The position numbers and the translations under genes were made by a program. Positions 39,148-50,038 of a stretch of 64,000 bases of DNA are shown here, one piece after another. The notes below the pieces were generated by a model. That model ran no database searches and had not been told where the DNA came from. It saw only the letters and a program-made list of their open reading frames with translations. The stretch comes from Nitrosopumilus sp. GTDB lineage: Archaea; Thermoproteota; Nitrososphaeria; Nitrososphaerales; Nitrosopumilaceae. Each line of letters starts with the position of its first letter. Positions within the stretch are counted from its first letter, which is position 1. The DNA lies in NCBI GenBank assembly GCA_965223425.1, contig OZ245003.1, positions 1,568,001 through 1,632,000 on the forward strand, read 5' to 3'.

Positions 39148-41586
39148 TTGACTGACAAGAATCTACTCTTTCTCTCCTCAATAATTCAGGATGGAAATAT
39201 GACTTTGAAATTCTATGATGAATCAGAGAGAAAAATAGTGACAGTAAATGCAGGAAAGTACGATCATTATTCTCTGGTCAGAGACGACACAGGAGACATA
39301 ACAAAGCACGACCTAATCACAGACAGGCCGGCCAGGTTTAGGATTTCAACTGACTTGTCGCAGGAAAAAACAAATGAGAAGGAGGTCAGTGACATATCCT
39401 CTTACATATATGACAATAATCTCAACCCCGGCAGGTTCTATACAATTTCCAACGGAAAGATACTTCTCAAAGAAATGGAGATATCAACAGAAATGGAGGA
39501 TGCACTGACTGAAATTATAGACCAGGGCATTGGTTTTGGAATGCCAGATAAGCACAGCTACCACAAACAGATGATAGAGACGGCAAGAATTCTATCTGAA
39601 CCAATCCCCGACATTTCCCGCCTTGCATTTGACATAGAGATCGAGCCGGCCGGAGACGGTGGAATTGATGTAAATCACGCAAGCAAAAAGATAACGGCAG
39701 TCTCCTTTTCATCCAATGACGGTCTTGCCGCATGTCTTGTGCTCGGAGATGAAAACGATACCAGAAAAATATCACTAAAATCCACCGATTTGACAGTACG
39801 GATATTCGATTCGGAATCGGCGATGCTAAAGGAGTCATTTACAATTATGAAGGGATTTCCATGCTGGCTGACTTTTTTTGGCAGACGCTTTGACCTGCCA
39901 TACATGTATAATCGCGCAAATCAGCTTGGGCTGTCCGTCCACAGGGACATGATGACTATGCGCCTAAAGGGCGGGCAGACGATGGCAGCCCCGATAAAAT
40001 CAATACATTTGGACTTGCATGACATCTTTTCCAATCCAGCACTGTACACGTATGCATTTTCTGAGAAATACGGATCATACTCACTTGATGACGTTGCAAC
40101 TGCGATGCTGGGGGAGGGCAAGACCTCGTCAGGCTCCGAGGTGGGAACGATGTCAATGATGGAACTGGCAAAGTACTGCTATCAGGACTCCAAACTCACC
40201 ATGAACCTGACAAAATATGCAAACAATGCCGTGATGAACATGATGGTGATACTGTCGAGAATCTCCGTGATGGGAATTGACGATGTCTCCCAAACCAGGG
40301 TCTCAACCTGGATCTGCTCGATGCTCTGGAACAATCACAGGAAGACAAACGCGATAATACCGCGAAGGGATGAGCTTGACTCCAAGACCACATCACACCT
40401 GAGAATGAGCGAGTCCTCAATAATTAGCGGAAAAAAGTATCGCGGCGGAATGGTTCTGGAGCCAAAGATGGGAGTCCACTGGGGGATGACTGTTCTTGAC
40501 TTTGCCTCGATGTATCCGCACCTGATGCAGATTCACAACCTCTCCTATGAGACTGTGATGTGTCCGCACGAGGAGTGCAAGTCAAACTCCATACCATCCA
40601 CCGAATATCACACGTGCACAAAAAGAAACGGCATGCTTGCAGAGATGATCGGAACGCTGCGTGAGCTGCGCGTGCACGTCTTCAAGCGATTCTCACAGAA
40701 CAGAGAGGTCCCAAAGGAGCAGAGGGAACTCTACAAGATAATTGCCGGGGCAATCAAGGTCTTCATGAACGCAAGCTACGGCGTCATGGGGTCTGACCTG
40801 TTCTCAATATATTACCTCCCAGTAGCAGAGTCAGTCACCGCATCGGGCAGAAAAATAATTGCAGATACGATGGAGCGGTGCAAAGACATGGGGGTGGAAG
40901 TGCTGTATGGCGACACTGACTCGCTGTTTGCTGCTGGAATCACAAAATCCCAACGTGAGAAGATAATATCTGAAACTGCAAAAATTCACGGCACCGAGCT
41001 TGAGGTGGACAAGGAATACAGGTTTGCAATACTTACCGAGCTGAAAAAGAACTATCTGGGAATAATGGAGGACGGATCAAGTGAAATCAAGGGACTGACA
41101 GGCAAAAAGTCACACACTCCAAAATTTATAAGAAAATCATTCCGCGACGTTGTGAAAATTCTCTCCGACGTAAAGTCCGAGGAGGAGATGGGGCCGGCAA
41201 TCAGGCAGATCATCTCGCACATACAGCGGGACATAGAGAGAATCAACACCCATGACATATCACTGGAGGATCTCACATTTAGGATGAAGATAACAAAGCC
41301 GATCTCAGAGTACACAAAGAGCCAGCCGCAGCATGTCACGGCAGCAAAGATACTTGGGGAGAAGTGCGGTGTGGAGGTGCAGCAGGGAAGCGTAATCCAG
41401 TACATCAAGACTGCAACTGCGCCGTATGTCACTCCCATGGAGCTTGCAAACATCGACTCCATCTCCACAAAAAAATACACAGAGTCACTCTCATCTGTCA
41501 TGGGGCAGATACTTCCCGCGCTTGGCACCTCGATGGAGGTGATAATTACCGGCTCCAAGCAGGACTCCATTGAGAGCTTTACATAA
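39148..41586 (+). CDS. polB: family B DNA polymerase (archaeal B1-like, RNA-primed type)
   Basis: FDIE, FDLPY, YCYQD exonuclease motifs; LDFASMYP, KVFMNASYG, YGDTDS, KKNY; CPHEEC insert. Confidence 0.95.
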   Translation: MTDKNLLFLSSIIQDGNMTLKFYDESERKIVTVNAGKYDHYSLVRDDTGDITKHDLITDRPARFRISTDLSQEKTNEKEVSDISSYIYDNNLNPGRFYTISNGKILLKEMEISTEMEDALTEIIDQGIGFGMPDKHSYHKQMIETARILSEPIPDISRLAFDIEIEPAGDGGIDVNHASKKITAVSFSSNDGLAACLVLGDENDTRKISLKSTDLTVRIFDSESAMLKESFTIMKGFPCWLTFFGRRFDLPYMYNRANQLGLSVHRDMMTMRLKGGQTMAAPIKSIHLDLHDIFSNPALYTYAFSEKYGSYSLDDVATAMLGEGKTSSGSEVGTMSMMELAKYCYQDSKLTMNLTKYANNAVMNMMVILSRISVMGIDDVSQTRVSTWICSMLWNNHRKTNAIIPRRDELDSKTTSHLRMSESSIISGKKYRGGMVLEPKMGVHWGMTVLDFASMYPHLMQIHNLSYETVMCPHEECKSNSIPSTEYHTCTKRNGMLAEMIGTLRELRVHVFKRFSQNREVPKEQRELYKIIAGAIKVFMNASYGVMGSDLFSIYYLPVAESVTASGRKIIADTMERCKDMGVEVLYGDTDSLFAAGITKSQREKIISETAKIHGTELEVDKEYRFAILTELKKNYLGIMEDGSSEIKGLTGKKSHTPKFIRKSFRDVVKILSDVKSEEEMGPAIRQIISHIQRDIERINTHDISLEDLTFRMKITKPISEYTKSQPQHVTAAKILGEKCGVEVQQGSVIQYIKTATAPYVTPMELANIDSISTKKYTESLSSVMGQILPALGTSMEVIITGSKQDSIESFT

Positions 41587-43167
41587 ATGTCGATGATTGA
41601 ATCGTTCCCCCCGCAATATACTATGCGAAGCGCGCAGAAAAGCATAATCGGAAGGATAGAGGAGGCAACAAAGTCCGGATATCCAAACATCGTGGTGTGC
41701 GCTCCTGTGGGTGTCGGCAAGAGCCACATTGCAGTCACATTTGCCAGGCACTTTGGGGGCTCCTCCATAATTACGCACCAAAAGGTACTGCAGGACCAGT
41801 ATGCCGATAACTTTCGGTTTTTGGCATCGGCAAAGGGCAGGCAGAACTATCCCTGCATAATGATCTGCAATGACGTTGATCCTCACGGGAAGAACCGGAC
41901 GGGGCCTGAGACCACCTGTGCAAACGGAAAATGCTCGTATAGATACGGCGGAAAGACACGCTGGTGCGAATACAAGCCGAAGATTGAGGACTTTGAGACA
42001 ATGCCGGCAGGCGCAGTAGTCGGGCCGTCAGGGGCGTGCCACTACTACAACGCAAAATACATTGCCATGCTCTCAAAGCACTCGCTGTACAACTATGCGG
42101 CATACTATCACTTTAAGCGGTTTGGAAATACGAGGATGGACAGCGAATGCGTCGTAGCCGATGAGGCACACGAGATAGAGGAGACGCTGGTTAACCATGC
42201 CTCCATCACCATTCCAAGGGACGACTTTCGGATGTGCGGGCTTGACATGCCAAAGGGGAACATAGACGACATCCTGGACGGACTGGGGGAGATTGTCAAG
42301 ACATGCTACGGGGAAATCCGCTCTGCAGGGATTGATGCAGACACGCAGAGGTGGAAGAGGCTGGAGGAAAAGTGCTCTACCATATCATTTGAGGGACGAA
42401 AAGACCCGGAGAACATAGTTTTTGAGATAAAAAACGGCGAGATTGCGCTAAAGCCGGTAAGCGTGAAGGGAATGGCCAGAAGGATGTTTGATGGGAAGCG
42501 AAACCTGTTTCTCTCTGGGACAATACACGGAGAGATGTTCTGCGGAATGATGGGGATAGACTCCCGAGATTGCCGGTACATCGAGGTGAAGGACCATCCA
42601 TTTGAGCTAAAAAACAGGACCATGCATTTTTTAAACTCGGCAAGGCTGACAGAAAAATCAAGGGAGACAGACTTTGATGCGGCATATACTTCCGTAGTCA
42701 GAATTCTAGCGAAACATCATGATGAAAAGGGAATCATACTTACCACGTCAAAAAAGCAGTGCATGCAGCTGTCGGGAAAAATAAAAAACCGCGAGGTCAT
42801 CATGGCCTTTGGACCAAAGAGGGACGAGGCAGTAAAGAGGCACGTGGAGTCACCCAGACCGTCCGTGCTTCTTGCTCCAGGGATGTGGAGTGGGGCGGAT
42901 CTGTCAGGGGAAAGGTCGAGGTTTCAGATAATTTTGAAGGTTCCATATCTGTCCATGGCAGACATCCGAATAAGTCACAAGACACACCTCTGGTACAAAT
43001 ATCAGGCATTGGTCAAGTTTCTGCAGGGGTGCGGGAGGTCTGTCAGACATGAGACGGACTATTCTGTTACATATGTCATCGATTCGGGGATAGCTGATCT
43101 TGTCAGGAGCATGCGAAAGTACATTCCTGCGGCGTATCTTGATGCGATAGACATGGCGATGCAATGA
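41587..43167 (+). CDS. DinG/XPD/Rad3-like SF2 helicase
   Basis: APVGVGKS, KGRQNYPC, DEAH, LSGT, QGCGRSVRHETD. Confidence 0.9.
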   Translation: MSMIESFPPQYTMRSAQKSIIGRIEEATKSGYPNIVVCAPVGVGKSHIAVTFARHFGGSSIITHQKVLQDQYADNFRFLASAKGRQNYPCIMICNDVDPHGKNRTGPETTCANGKCSYRYGGKTRWCEYKPKIEDFETMPAGAVVGPSGACHYYNAKYIAMLSKHSLYNYAAYYHFKRFGNTRMDSECVVADEAHEIEETLVNHASITIPRDDFRMCGLDMPKGNIDDILDGLGEIVKTCYGEIRSAGIDADTQRWKRLEEKCSTISFEGRKDPENIVFEIKNGEIALKPVSVKGMARRMFDGKRNLFLSGTIHGEMFCGMMGIDSRDCRYIEVKDHPFELKNRTMHFLNSARLTEKSRETDFDAAYTSVVRILAKHHDEKGIILTTSKKQCMQLSGKIKNREVIMAFGPKRDEAVKRHVESPRPSVLLAPGMWSGADLSGERSRFQIILKVPYLSMADIRISHKTHLWYKYQALVKFLQGCGRSVRHETDYSVTYVIDSGIADLVRSMRKYIPAAYLDAIDMAMQ

Positions 43168-44132
43168 CGGGTCACGCGATAGAAAAGTATGTGTTCGAGG
43201 GCGGCATGGAGGCACTAAAGGAACTGAAATTTCCAATCGGGGATGTCCTGGAGGGAAGAACAGACTGCGACAAATCAGTACTAAGGGAGGCAATGGCGGG
43301 GATAATATCGGCGGCAACAGGAAAAAGGATTGATGCCGGCGGCACTCCGGCACTAGTCCATGGCAGGCCGTATCCAAAAAATGCCGTGATGTTTTCCCTC
43401 TCTGCAATAATGCTAAAGGCAGTCGACAGGGAAACTGTCACAAAAAAGTACGCGCTGGCCCACTCCATTAGGGCCGAAAAGAGGATAGAGTCTGAGATTT
43501 TAAGAGGCGGGTTTGGTGGAATTGTGCGCAAACTGGTTCTGGGAGTAAGGATAGATGAGCCGTGCATGATGCCGGTATCCGAGTATCTGAGGCGTGCCGT
43601 ACACATCGGCGAGTCAAAGTGGAGTCTTGTAAACAGAAGGGTGGAGGAGGGGATGGTATTGCTTGCAGTTCATGAGATGGTCCGGCTCCTGCGGTGGGAC
43701 ATCACCAGCACTATAGAGGCGGCAATCAATGAAATTAACGTTACGGAGAGAACGGCAAAGCTGGTAGAAGATTATACAAGAAAGATAATGGAGGCCGTTC
43801 CAAAACAGATATCCACAAATGTCGGCGAGTCTGGATGGCCGCCATGCATACGGCACGCAATAAAGTATCTGTACGGCGGCGGGAACCTGAATCATACTGG
43901 GAGATTCATGCTTGCATCATATTTAGTAAAGGCAGGTGTCAGCAAGGAGGTGATATGCGGGCACTTTGTTCCGGCACCGGACTATAACGAGAGGGTGACA
44001 AGCCAGCAGGTCGAGCACATAAGGCGCGGAAAATACATCCCGCCGTCATGTGCAAAGCTGGAGACTTTGGGACTCTGCCACAGGAACCGGAAATGTGGAA
44101 GCATACGCAATCCGATACAGTACCGCCAATGA
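43164..44132 (+). CDS. priL: DNA primase large subunit
   Basis: WSLVNRRVEEG, WPPCI, LNHTGRF, PDYNERVT, PPSC...GLC...C Fe-S ligands. Confidence 0.9.
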   Translation: MTGHAIEKYVFEGGMEALKELKFPIGDVLEGRTDCDKSVLREAMAGIISAATGKRIDAGGTPALVHGRPYPKNAVMFSLSAIMLKAVDRETVTKKYALAHSIRAEKRIESEILRGGFGGIVRKLVLGVRIDEPCMMPVSEYLRRAVHIGESKWSLVNRRVEEGMVLLAVHEMVRLLRWDITSTIEAAINEINVTERTAKLVEDYTRKIMEAVPKQISTNVGESGWPPCIRHAIKYLYGGGNLNHTGRFMLASYLVKAGVSKEVICGHFVPAPDYNERVTSQQVEHIRRGKYIPPSCAKLETLGLCHRNRKCGSIRNPIQYRQ

Positions 44133-45286
44133 ACCGCATACTCCACGGCGACTGTACGGAGAGGCTGGCGGAAATAGAGTCAGAAACCGTGGATCTCCTT
44201 GCAACTGATCCGCCGTACGGATACGGATTCCTGGGAAACTCCTGGGACTCTGATGTGCCGACATCCCAGGCATGGAGTGAGTGCCTCAGATGTCTCAAGC
44301 CCGGGGCCTTCGCTTTTGTTTTCTCTTCACCGAGGGCAGACCTCATGTCAAGGATGATAACGAGACTTGGCGATGCGGGGTTTGTCACCGGGTTTACGCC
44401 GATATTTCGGGCCTTTGCGGGGGGATTCTCAAAGGGGAGAAACGTTGCAGATGTGCTGGGGCCGGACCACGAGCTGTATCAACGGCTGAGGGGCTCATAC
44501 ACCGGGTATCACCCAAAGGCTGCCGTGGACGTGGTGATTGTCGCAATGAAGCCGCTCTCAGAGTCCACGTTTACTGCGCAGTCCTGCAGGAACGGCAAGG
44601 GGGTCACGTGGCTTGATGATGTCAGAATTCCGGCAGATCCGGCAGATGGTGACGGTAATAGCAGTGGCGGAAGGTTTCCTGCAAACCTGGTGGTCTCTGA
44701 TGACTCGCTCAATGACGGCAGGGAGCACAAGAGCGGGGTGGTTTTCCCACACCACAATATCACAGGAAAGAAATACCTGTACGACAAGTACGGACACAGG
44801 ACGGCATCGGACACTGTCTGCTATGGCGACTCTGGATCTTTTTCCAGGTTCTTTGACATTGACAAATGGGAGGCGCAGTTCATTGTTGACAGCCGTCCAA
44901 CGCGGGCCGAGATGGATGCCGGAGTGACTCCGCAGAGCGGGCCTCTTGCGGAACTCTGTTCGAATGAAAAACCGGACGGCAGTGGAGTGAGAAACAACAC
45001 ACACCACACCGTAAAGTCGATTGTGTTCATGTCTTATTTGGTAATGATGGGGACAAGGCGCGGCGATACCGTCCTTGATCCGTTTGCCGGATCTGGTACT
45101 ACGGCAATTGCCGCAACGCTCCTTGGAAGGGACTCCATATCGATTGAAATTGAGCACAAGAACTACATGATGATCAGGGAGAGGGCGGAATACTGGAAGA
45201 ACAGGCAGTACGGGAACATCTCGAAGATAAAGAAACAGGATGAGGCAGAATCGCAGACAGACATTACGGAATGGGTAGAGGACTGA
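44129..45286 (+). CDS. N4/N6 DNA methyltransferase (beta class)
   Basis: TDPPYG precedes VLDPFAGSGTT; GRFPAN; ATGA overlap with priL. Confidence 0.9.
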   Translation: MNRILHGDCTERLAEIESETVDLLATDPPYGYGFLGNSWDSDVPTSQAWSECLRCLKPGAFAFVFSSPRADLMSRMITRLGDAGFVTGFTPIFRAFAGGFSKGRNVADVLGPDHELYQRLRGSYTGYHPKAAVDVVIVAMKPLSESTFTAQSCRNGKGVTWLDDVRIPADPADGDGNSSGGRFPANLVVSDDSLNDGREHKSGVVFPHHNITGKKYLYDKYGHRTASDTVCYGDSGSFSRFFDIDKWEAQFIVDSRPTRAEMDAGVTPQSGPLAELCSNEKPDGSGVRNNTHHTVKSIVFMSYLVMMGTRRGDTVLDPFAGSGTTAIAATLLGRDSISIEIEHKNYMMIRERAEYWKNRQYGNISKIKKQDEAESQTDITEWVED

Positions 45287-45660
45287 CCGTGAGGGGGATG
45301 CCGCAGTGGCCGTGCGCATATGATGACTGTACCGTGATGCTCAATGACGTTGATAATTTTATAACACGAAAATACTGCGACAGTCACCGAAAGATAAGGC
45401 AAAAGGAGCAGAACAGGACAAAAAACTTGAAACGCCCGAGGAAGTGGAAGGGAAAGAAACGGAACTGCGTCGTGTGCGGGGCGGCACTGAAGAATGCGAC
45501 GAGATACTGCGGGAAGGCATGTCACAGATGGCAGGCCAACCGAAACAGGCAGGCAAGAAAAACAGTCGGCCTGTGCCATTTGTGCTACTCTAGCAACAGG
45601 GAGCTGAAAATTGTCGCCGGAATTCCGATGTGTGTGGAATGTGCCGAGAAGAAGGAATGA
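45271..45660 (+). CDS. Cys-rich Zn-finger protein
   Basis: multiple CxxC / YC motifs. Confidence 0.6.
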   Translation: MGRGLTVRGMPQWPCAYDDCTVMLNDVDNFITRKYCDSHRKIRQKEQNRTKNLKRPRKWKGKKRNCVVCGAALKNATRYCGKACHRWQANRNRQARKTVGLCHLCYSSNRELKIVAGIPMCVECAEKKE

Positions 45661-45881
45661 CGGCAGAGCAGATATTGTGTATTTTGATCAGGGAAATTTC
45701 TTTTTGTGGTATTATCATCTGCAGATCCGCACAAATTACGGCATCGACTGATATGAATATCTGAAATGACCGTCCGGCCGCTTGACTATGAAAAGGAACC
45801 TGCTGTTGATTTGAATGCCCCGTGTCCTGAGCTGGACGAATCAATATCGTTGCAGAGAAACTATCTTTTTGGAAAGGAAGT

Positions 45882-46064
45882 ATGAATTTCAACATTAATG
45901 TAAAATGCAGAATATGCGGAAGGCTGTTTTCGAAAAAAACAAACGACAAAAGGACAGTGACATGTTCACGGGAATGCAGCATGGAGAACGCCAAAAGAAC
46001 GTCAAGGGAATGGCATGCCAGCCGCCATAGAAAGAGGGCTGGCACCAGTAAAAATGAACTTTGA
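45882..46064 (+). CDS. small Zn-finger protein
   Basis: CRIC...CSREC. Confidence 0.55.
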   Translation: MNFNINVKCRICGRLFSKKTNDKRTVTCSRECSMENAKRTSREWHASRHRKRAGTSKNEL

Positions 46065-46259
46065 GACTGGGACAAGACGTGCGGCCCATGACAGGGACTG
46101 GCGCGGCAAAAATAGCATGCACGTTCCCATGAAAAAGGAACGGGAAATGGACAGCAAATGCAAACACAGGGCGTTCATACGCATGTCTGACGGCAGAAAA
46201 ATCTGCAGTCACTGCTTCAGTCAGGTCGGTGCCGCCGCCAAAAACCACTGCCGTGGAAG

Positions 46260-46697
46260 GTGAAGAATAAATTGCCTAAAACGTTCAGCTTCGCGCAAGC
46301 TTTGCTGTCTGACCCGCTTCATGTCCATCTGCTTAAAATATGTGTGGATGAAAAAATATTTGATTCTCATGACGACGGCACATATTCGTTCAACAGCAGT
46401 TTCATCCACATATTCAGGTCAGTCACGATAGACCAGGAAATGCACAGGTCCTCTCACATACCCGTGACGGTCAGGGTTTTGGAAAGTATGATGCGTACAT
46501 ACTGTTCATCAGAATTTGACGACATTACCAGGAACTTTTTGTCAGCCATGATTCTGCGCGTACTTGTGACGGATCCCGCCTATCCGGAAACGGAGAAGGA
46601 CAGAATATCGCACTACATGAAAAATATGAATTCCATGAATGACGCCAAATATGACAAACAGAAAAGGGAACTCCTTGAGAGGGAAAAATTACGGTGA
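46260..46697 (+). CDS. hypothetical protein
   Basis: 145-aa ORF with GTGA overlaps. Confidence 0.55.
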   Translation: MKNKLPKTFSFAQALLSDPLHVHLLKICVDEKIFDSHDDGTYSFNSSFIHIFRSVTIDQEMHRSSHIPVTVRVLESMMRTYCSSEFDDITRNFLSAMILRVLVTDPAYPETEKDRISHYMKNMNSMNDAKYDKQKRELLEREKLR

Positions 46698-46971
46698 CAC
46701 AAATGAAACCACAACACAACGATCCAATGTCTGGCGTATTGGACATGGGCCTGTCCTGCGGCAGGGCAAATCCGTCGGACGTCTTTGTCAAAAAATGTGT
46801 CAGATGCAGTATGATTTTTGAATCGTCATTTGATTCCAAACGTCCCACATGCTCGGACTGCAGCCCAATTTCAAAGAGGAAGAGGAAAAATCACTGAGCC
46901 GGATTTTTTTCAACGGAGTGACACGCCCGAAACCGGGCATGCCTGCCTTTGTTCGTGCGCGACGCCAAGCC

Positions 46972-47388
46972 ATGCAGTATCGTGATCGTCCCAACTCAAA
47001 AATGAGGCTCTTCAACAAAATACTGAACATACTGGATTCAATCCGGCTGGACGAGCCGTTTGAGTACGAGTCGGAACTGGAAGAAAGGGTGGCAAGGCTG
47101 CTAAGGTCAGAAAACATAAAGTCAAAGACACAGCAAAAATCAAAGGATCTGAGATATGACGTGATCTGCAATGAGGGTTCTACTGTAGTATGCATCGAGC
47201 TGAAAGTGATTGCAGACACCTCAAATGTGAAACAGTTTGACGAGTATCATCAGAATTTTCCAAACGGCTTTATAATTCTGTGCTGGCGGGCGACAGGGCC
47301 GCTAAGGGACATATTTGAAAGCGTGAAGAGGCAGAGCCCGACATCAATTGCACTGGTAGAGATATCACAGAGGAGCAGCATGATATGA
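46972..47388 (+). CDS. PD-(D/E)xK nuclease-fold protein
   Basis: ESELE...RYDVI...CIELK...QFDEY. Confidence 0.65.
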   Translation: MQYRDRPNSKMRLFNKILNILDSIRLDEPFEYESELEERVARLLRSENIKSKTQQKSKDLRYDVICNEGSTVVCIELKVIADTSNVKQFDEYHQNFPNGFIILCWRATGPLRDIFESVKRQSPTSIALVEISQRSSMI

Positions 47389-49154
47389 ACTACGGCACGC
47401 TGACTGTAAAAAGAGAGGAGAACGAGGAAATAATTCAGATTGATGTGGAAGACAACGAGGTGGGACTGTTCTTCTCAAGGCTGATTCCATCACACGATAT
47501 TTTTCCATTCACCGTCAAGGCCCACACGGATAACGTGCGGCTGATCAGAATGGTGATGAGGGAGTACCCGCTTGAAATCAAGACAAGGGATGCATGGAAG
47601 TCACTATTGAACGGAATAAGAGAGCAGAAAAAACAGGAAAAAAAACTGGAGACACTGGTGCCAATAGAGCCGAGCAGGCAGAAATTCATCGGGGAATTGT
47701 TCCCGTTTCAGAAACTGGGCCTGGACTTTATGCTAAAGGCAAAGGGAATGGCGCTTCTGGCCGACGAGATGGGCCTTGGAAAAACCATTCAGACTCTGGC
47801 GTTCATATCAAAAAGACCTGACAGCGTTCCCGCAATAATTGTGGCGCCGCTAGTTACGCTATACAACTGGAAGCGGGAGATTGAGAAATTCCTGAGACTG
47901 GAATGTAAAAACACGCTGTGTGGAGACTCGCTACAGACGCCACGGGTGGAAGTAATAAGGTCCGGGAAAAAGAAGCCGGGGCCCGCCGAGTTTTACATCA
48001 TAAACTATGAGATGCTCATGAAACAGGTCCCACACCTCAAGCAAACAAATCCGAAAATGATCGTATACGATGAGATACAAAACCTGAGAAATACGGACAC
48101 TTACAAGTTCAAGTCATGCAGGGCCCTGGCACAGCTGGACTCGGTACGGTACCGGCTGGGGCTGTCCGGGACGCCCGTCTATAACCGTGGAACAGAGATG
48201 TACGGCATTGCAAACATTATACGGCCCGGAGTACTTGGTGACTATGAGGAGTTCAAAAGAAGGTACTGCACTCCATATGTGCCAAACCGCACGGAGGATG
48301 ACAAAAGGACGGCACTCTCAAAAGTACTGAGGAAAAGCATAATGATACGCAGAAAAAAGACGGACGTGCTGCGGGATCTGCCGGAAAAAATACGCATGCA
48401 GCAGAGAATCCAGATTGATACAGAGTTCTACGAGGAGGAACTCGGGAAATTATACGAGAGGATAGAGGAGATAAAGGATTGTATGGGTGAGTTGGAAACG
48501 GAGGACGGGAAAAAGGAGGGACTCTTCTCGCTGAACAAGAAGATAAGGGAGATGCGGGTTGCAGAGCGCCAGATTGCAGGAATTGCAAAGGCGCCACACA
48601 TCATAAACTATGTCACGTCGTTATTGGATGACTATGAGGAGGAGAAATTCGTGATTTTCGCCCATCACAGGATGGTACATCAGATACTGTTGGAGGGGCT
48701 GCGGATGTACAATCCCCTTCAGATCATAGGGGGGCAGAGCGACAAAAAAAGACAGGAGGCAATCGACAGGTTTCAAACCGAGAAGGAATGTCGCGTGATA
48801 ATATGCGGCCTGCGTGCCGGAAATGTCGGAATCAACCTGACCAGTGCGGCATATGTCATCTTTGCGGAACTTGACTGGAGTCCGTCAATTCACAGGCAGG
48901 CAGAGGACAGGCTGCACAGAATAGGACAGAAGAAGAGCGTGTTTTCGCACTATCTGGTGGGTACTGGGACCTTTGATGAGATGTTGGCGGACGTTCTTGC
49001 AGACAAGACGCTGGAGATTGGCAACGTGCTTGGGGACAAGCTGGAAGGCCTGGACAACACAAAGGCGCTAAAGTTCCTTGAAGACAAATTCAAGATACGG
49101 CCGGGGTTCATTGCCGATGACATGACATCAGAAAAGAACGGGAAAAATAAGTAA
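47385..49154 (+). CDS. SNF2-family helicase (HARP-like)
   Basis: LADEMGLGKT, DEIQ, LSGTP, QAEDRLHRIGQ. Confidence 0.92.
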   Translation: MNYGTLTVKREENEEIIQIDVEDNEVGLFFSRLIPSHDIFPFTVKAHTDNVRLIRMVMREYPLEIKTRDAWKSLLNGIREQKKQEKKLETLVPIEPSRQKFIGELFPFQKLGLDFMLKAKGMALLADEMGLGKTIQTLAFISKRPDSVPAIIVAPLVTLYNWKREIEKFLRLECKNTLCGDSLQTPRVEVIRSGKKKPGPAEFYIINYEMLMKQVPHLKQTNPKMIVYDEIQNLRNTDTYKFKSCRALAQLDSVRYRLGLSGTPVYNRGTEMYGIANIIRPGVLGDYEEFKRRYCTPYVPNRTEDDKRTALSKVLRKSIMIRRKKTDVLRDLPEKIRMQQRIQIDTEFYEEELGKLYERIEEIKDCMGELETEDGKKEGLFSLNKKIREMRVAERQIAGIAKAPHIINYVTSLLDDYEEEKFVIFAHHRMVHQILLEGLRMYNPLQIIGGQSDKKRQEAIDRFQTEKECRVIICGLRAGNVGINLTSAAYVIFAELDWSPSIHRQAEDRLHRIGQKKSVFSHYLVGTGTFDEMLADVLADKTLEIGNVLGDKLEGLDNTKALKFLEDKFKIRPGFIADDMTSEKNGKNK

Positions 49155-49187
49155 CGGGGTTCTTGAGAACGCGGAAAAAACAAAAGA

Positions 49188-49988
49188 TTGCATAGTTCTT
49201 TTATCTGCTCGTTACGGCGGCTCTATATGTCCGACATCCCAAACATAATAGTGATTGCCATTCCGATAATTACGCTGTTTGTGGCCTCTGAGAATCTTGC
49301 TGGGGAGTTTCTTGCAAATCCAGTAATTGACATGCGTCGGGACATCGCGATGGTATACAACGACGGACTGATCCAGGCAACTGACGTACACGTCCACTTT
49401 GAGTCTTCAAAGGAGATTAGTCTTGAAAAATGTGTGGAAGGTCGCATTACATCACCGAATACAGTAGAGTTTGAGAGGATGTCAGTTGGGATTACGTGCA
49501 AAGTATATGTTGATTTGCCTGATTTGAATGCCATAATCACGGCAGACAACATGGCTGCCGTAACATACACTTACGGCCTGGCAAGCACTAACCCTTCAAG
49601 TGCGACAATATCTGCTGTGGTTTTGATATTGTCCACACTGCTTGCGGTGTTATGGTTTCTGTTGGTTCGAAAGGCATGGTATTTTCCAAGTTCTGCGGTT
49701 CTGAAACACTCTTACGACGGACACAATCCAGACTGGAAAGAATTCTGTAGACGGGTCAACCGGAAATACCATGTGAAGATAAATGATTTTGATGCCTTGA
49801 TTCTACACAGGATTATTCATGCAAACTTGCATGACATACTTTTGATATGTGGTGCTACCGGAATGTCCCAGCAGTTTGTGAGCAGGAGAATATCAAACAT
49901 GCAGAGAATAGACATGTTGGATGAGAATGTCAGGATAGTTGAGGCGATTGCAGATCCACTCAAGGAGTGCTTTGAAGAGTCAAGATAG
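49188..49988 (+). CDS. membrane protein with C-terminal winged-helix-like domain, paralogue of 25713
   Basis: NDGLIQATDV, CVEG, FERMSV shared with 25713; HTH ICGATGMSQQFVSRRI. Confidence 0.6.
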   Translation: MHSSFICSLRRLYMSDIPNIIVIAIPIITLFVASENLAGEFLANPVIDMRRDIAMVYNDGLIQATDVHVHFESSKEISLEKCVEGRITSPNTVEFERMSVGITCKVYVDLPDLNAIITADNMAAVTYTYGLASTNPSSATISAVVLILSTLLAVLWFLLVRKAWYFPSSAVLKHSYDGHNPDWKEFCRRVNRKYHVKINDFDALILHRIIHANLHDILLICGATGMSQQFVSRRISNMQRIDMLDENVRIVEAIADPLKECFEESR

Positions 49989-50038
49989 GACACTGACTGC
50001 AATGTCTGCAAAGACATGCACTGAGAAGAGGGAATGTC

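Noticed and set aside
38471-39181. Repeat-protein ORFs on both strands (155 aa and 236 aa)
   Set aside because: Frames stay open because 54 is divisible by 3; no synonymous variation, and the minus ORF overlaps the polB start.
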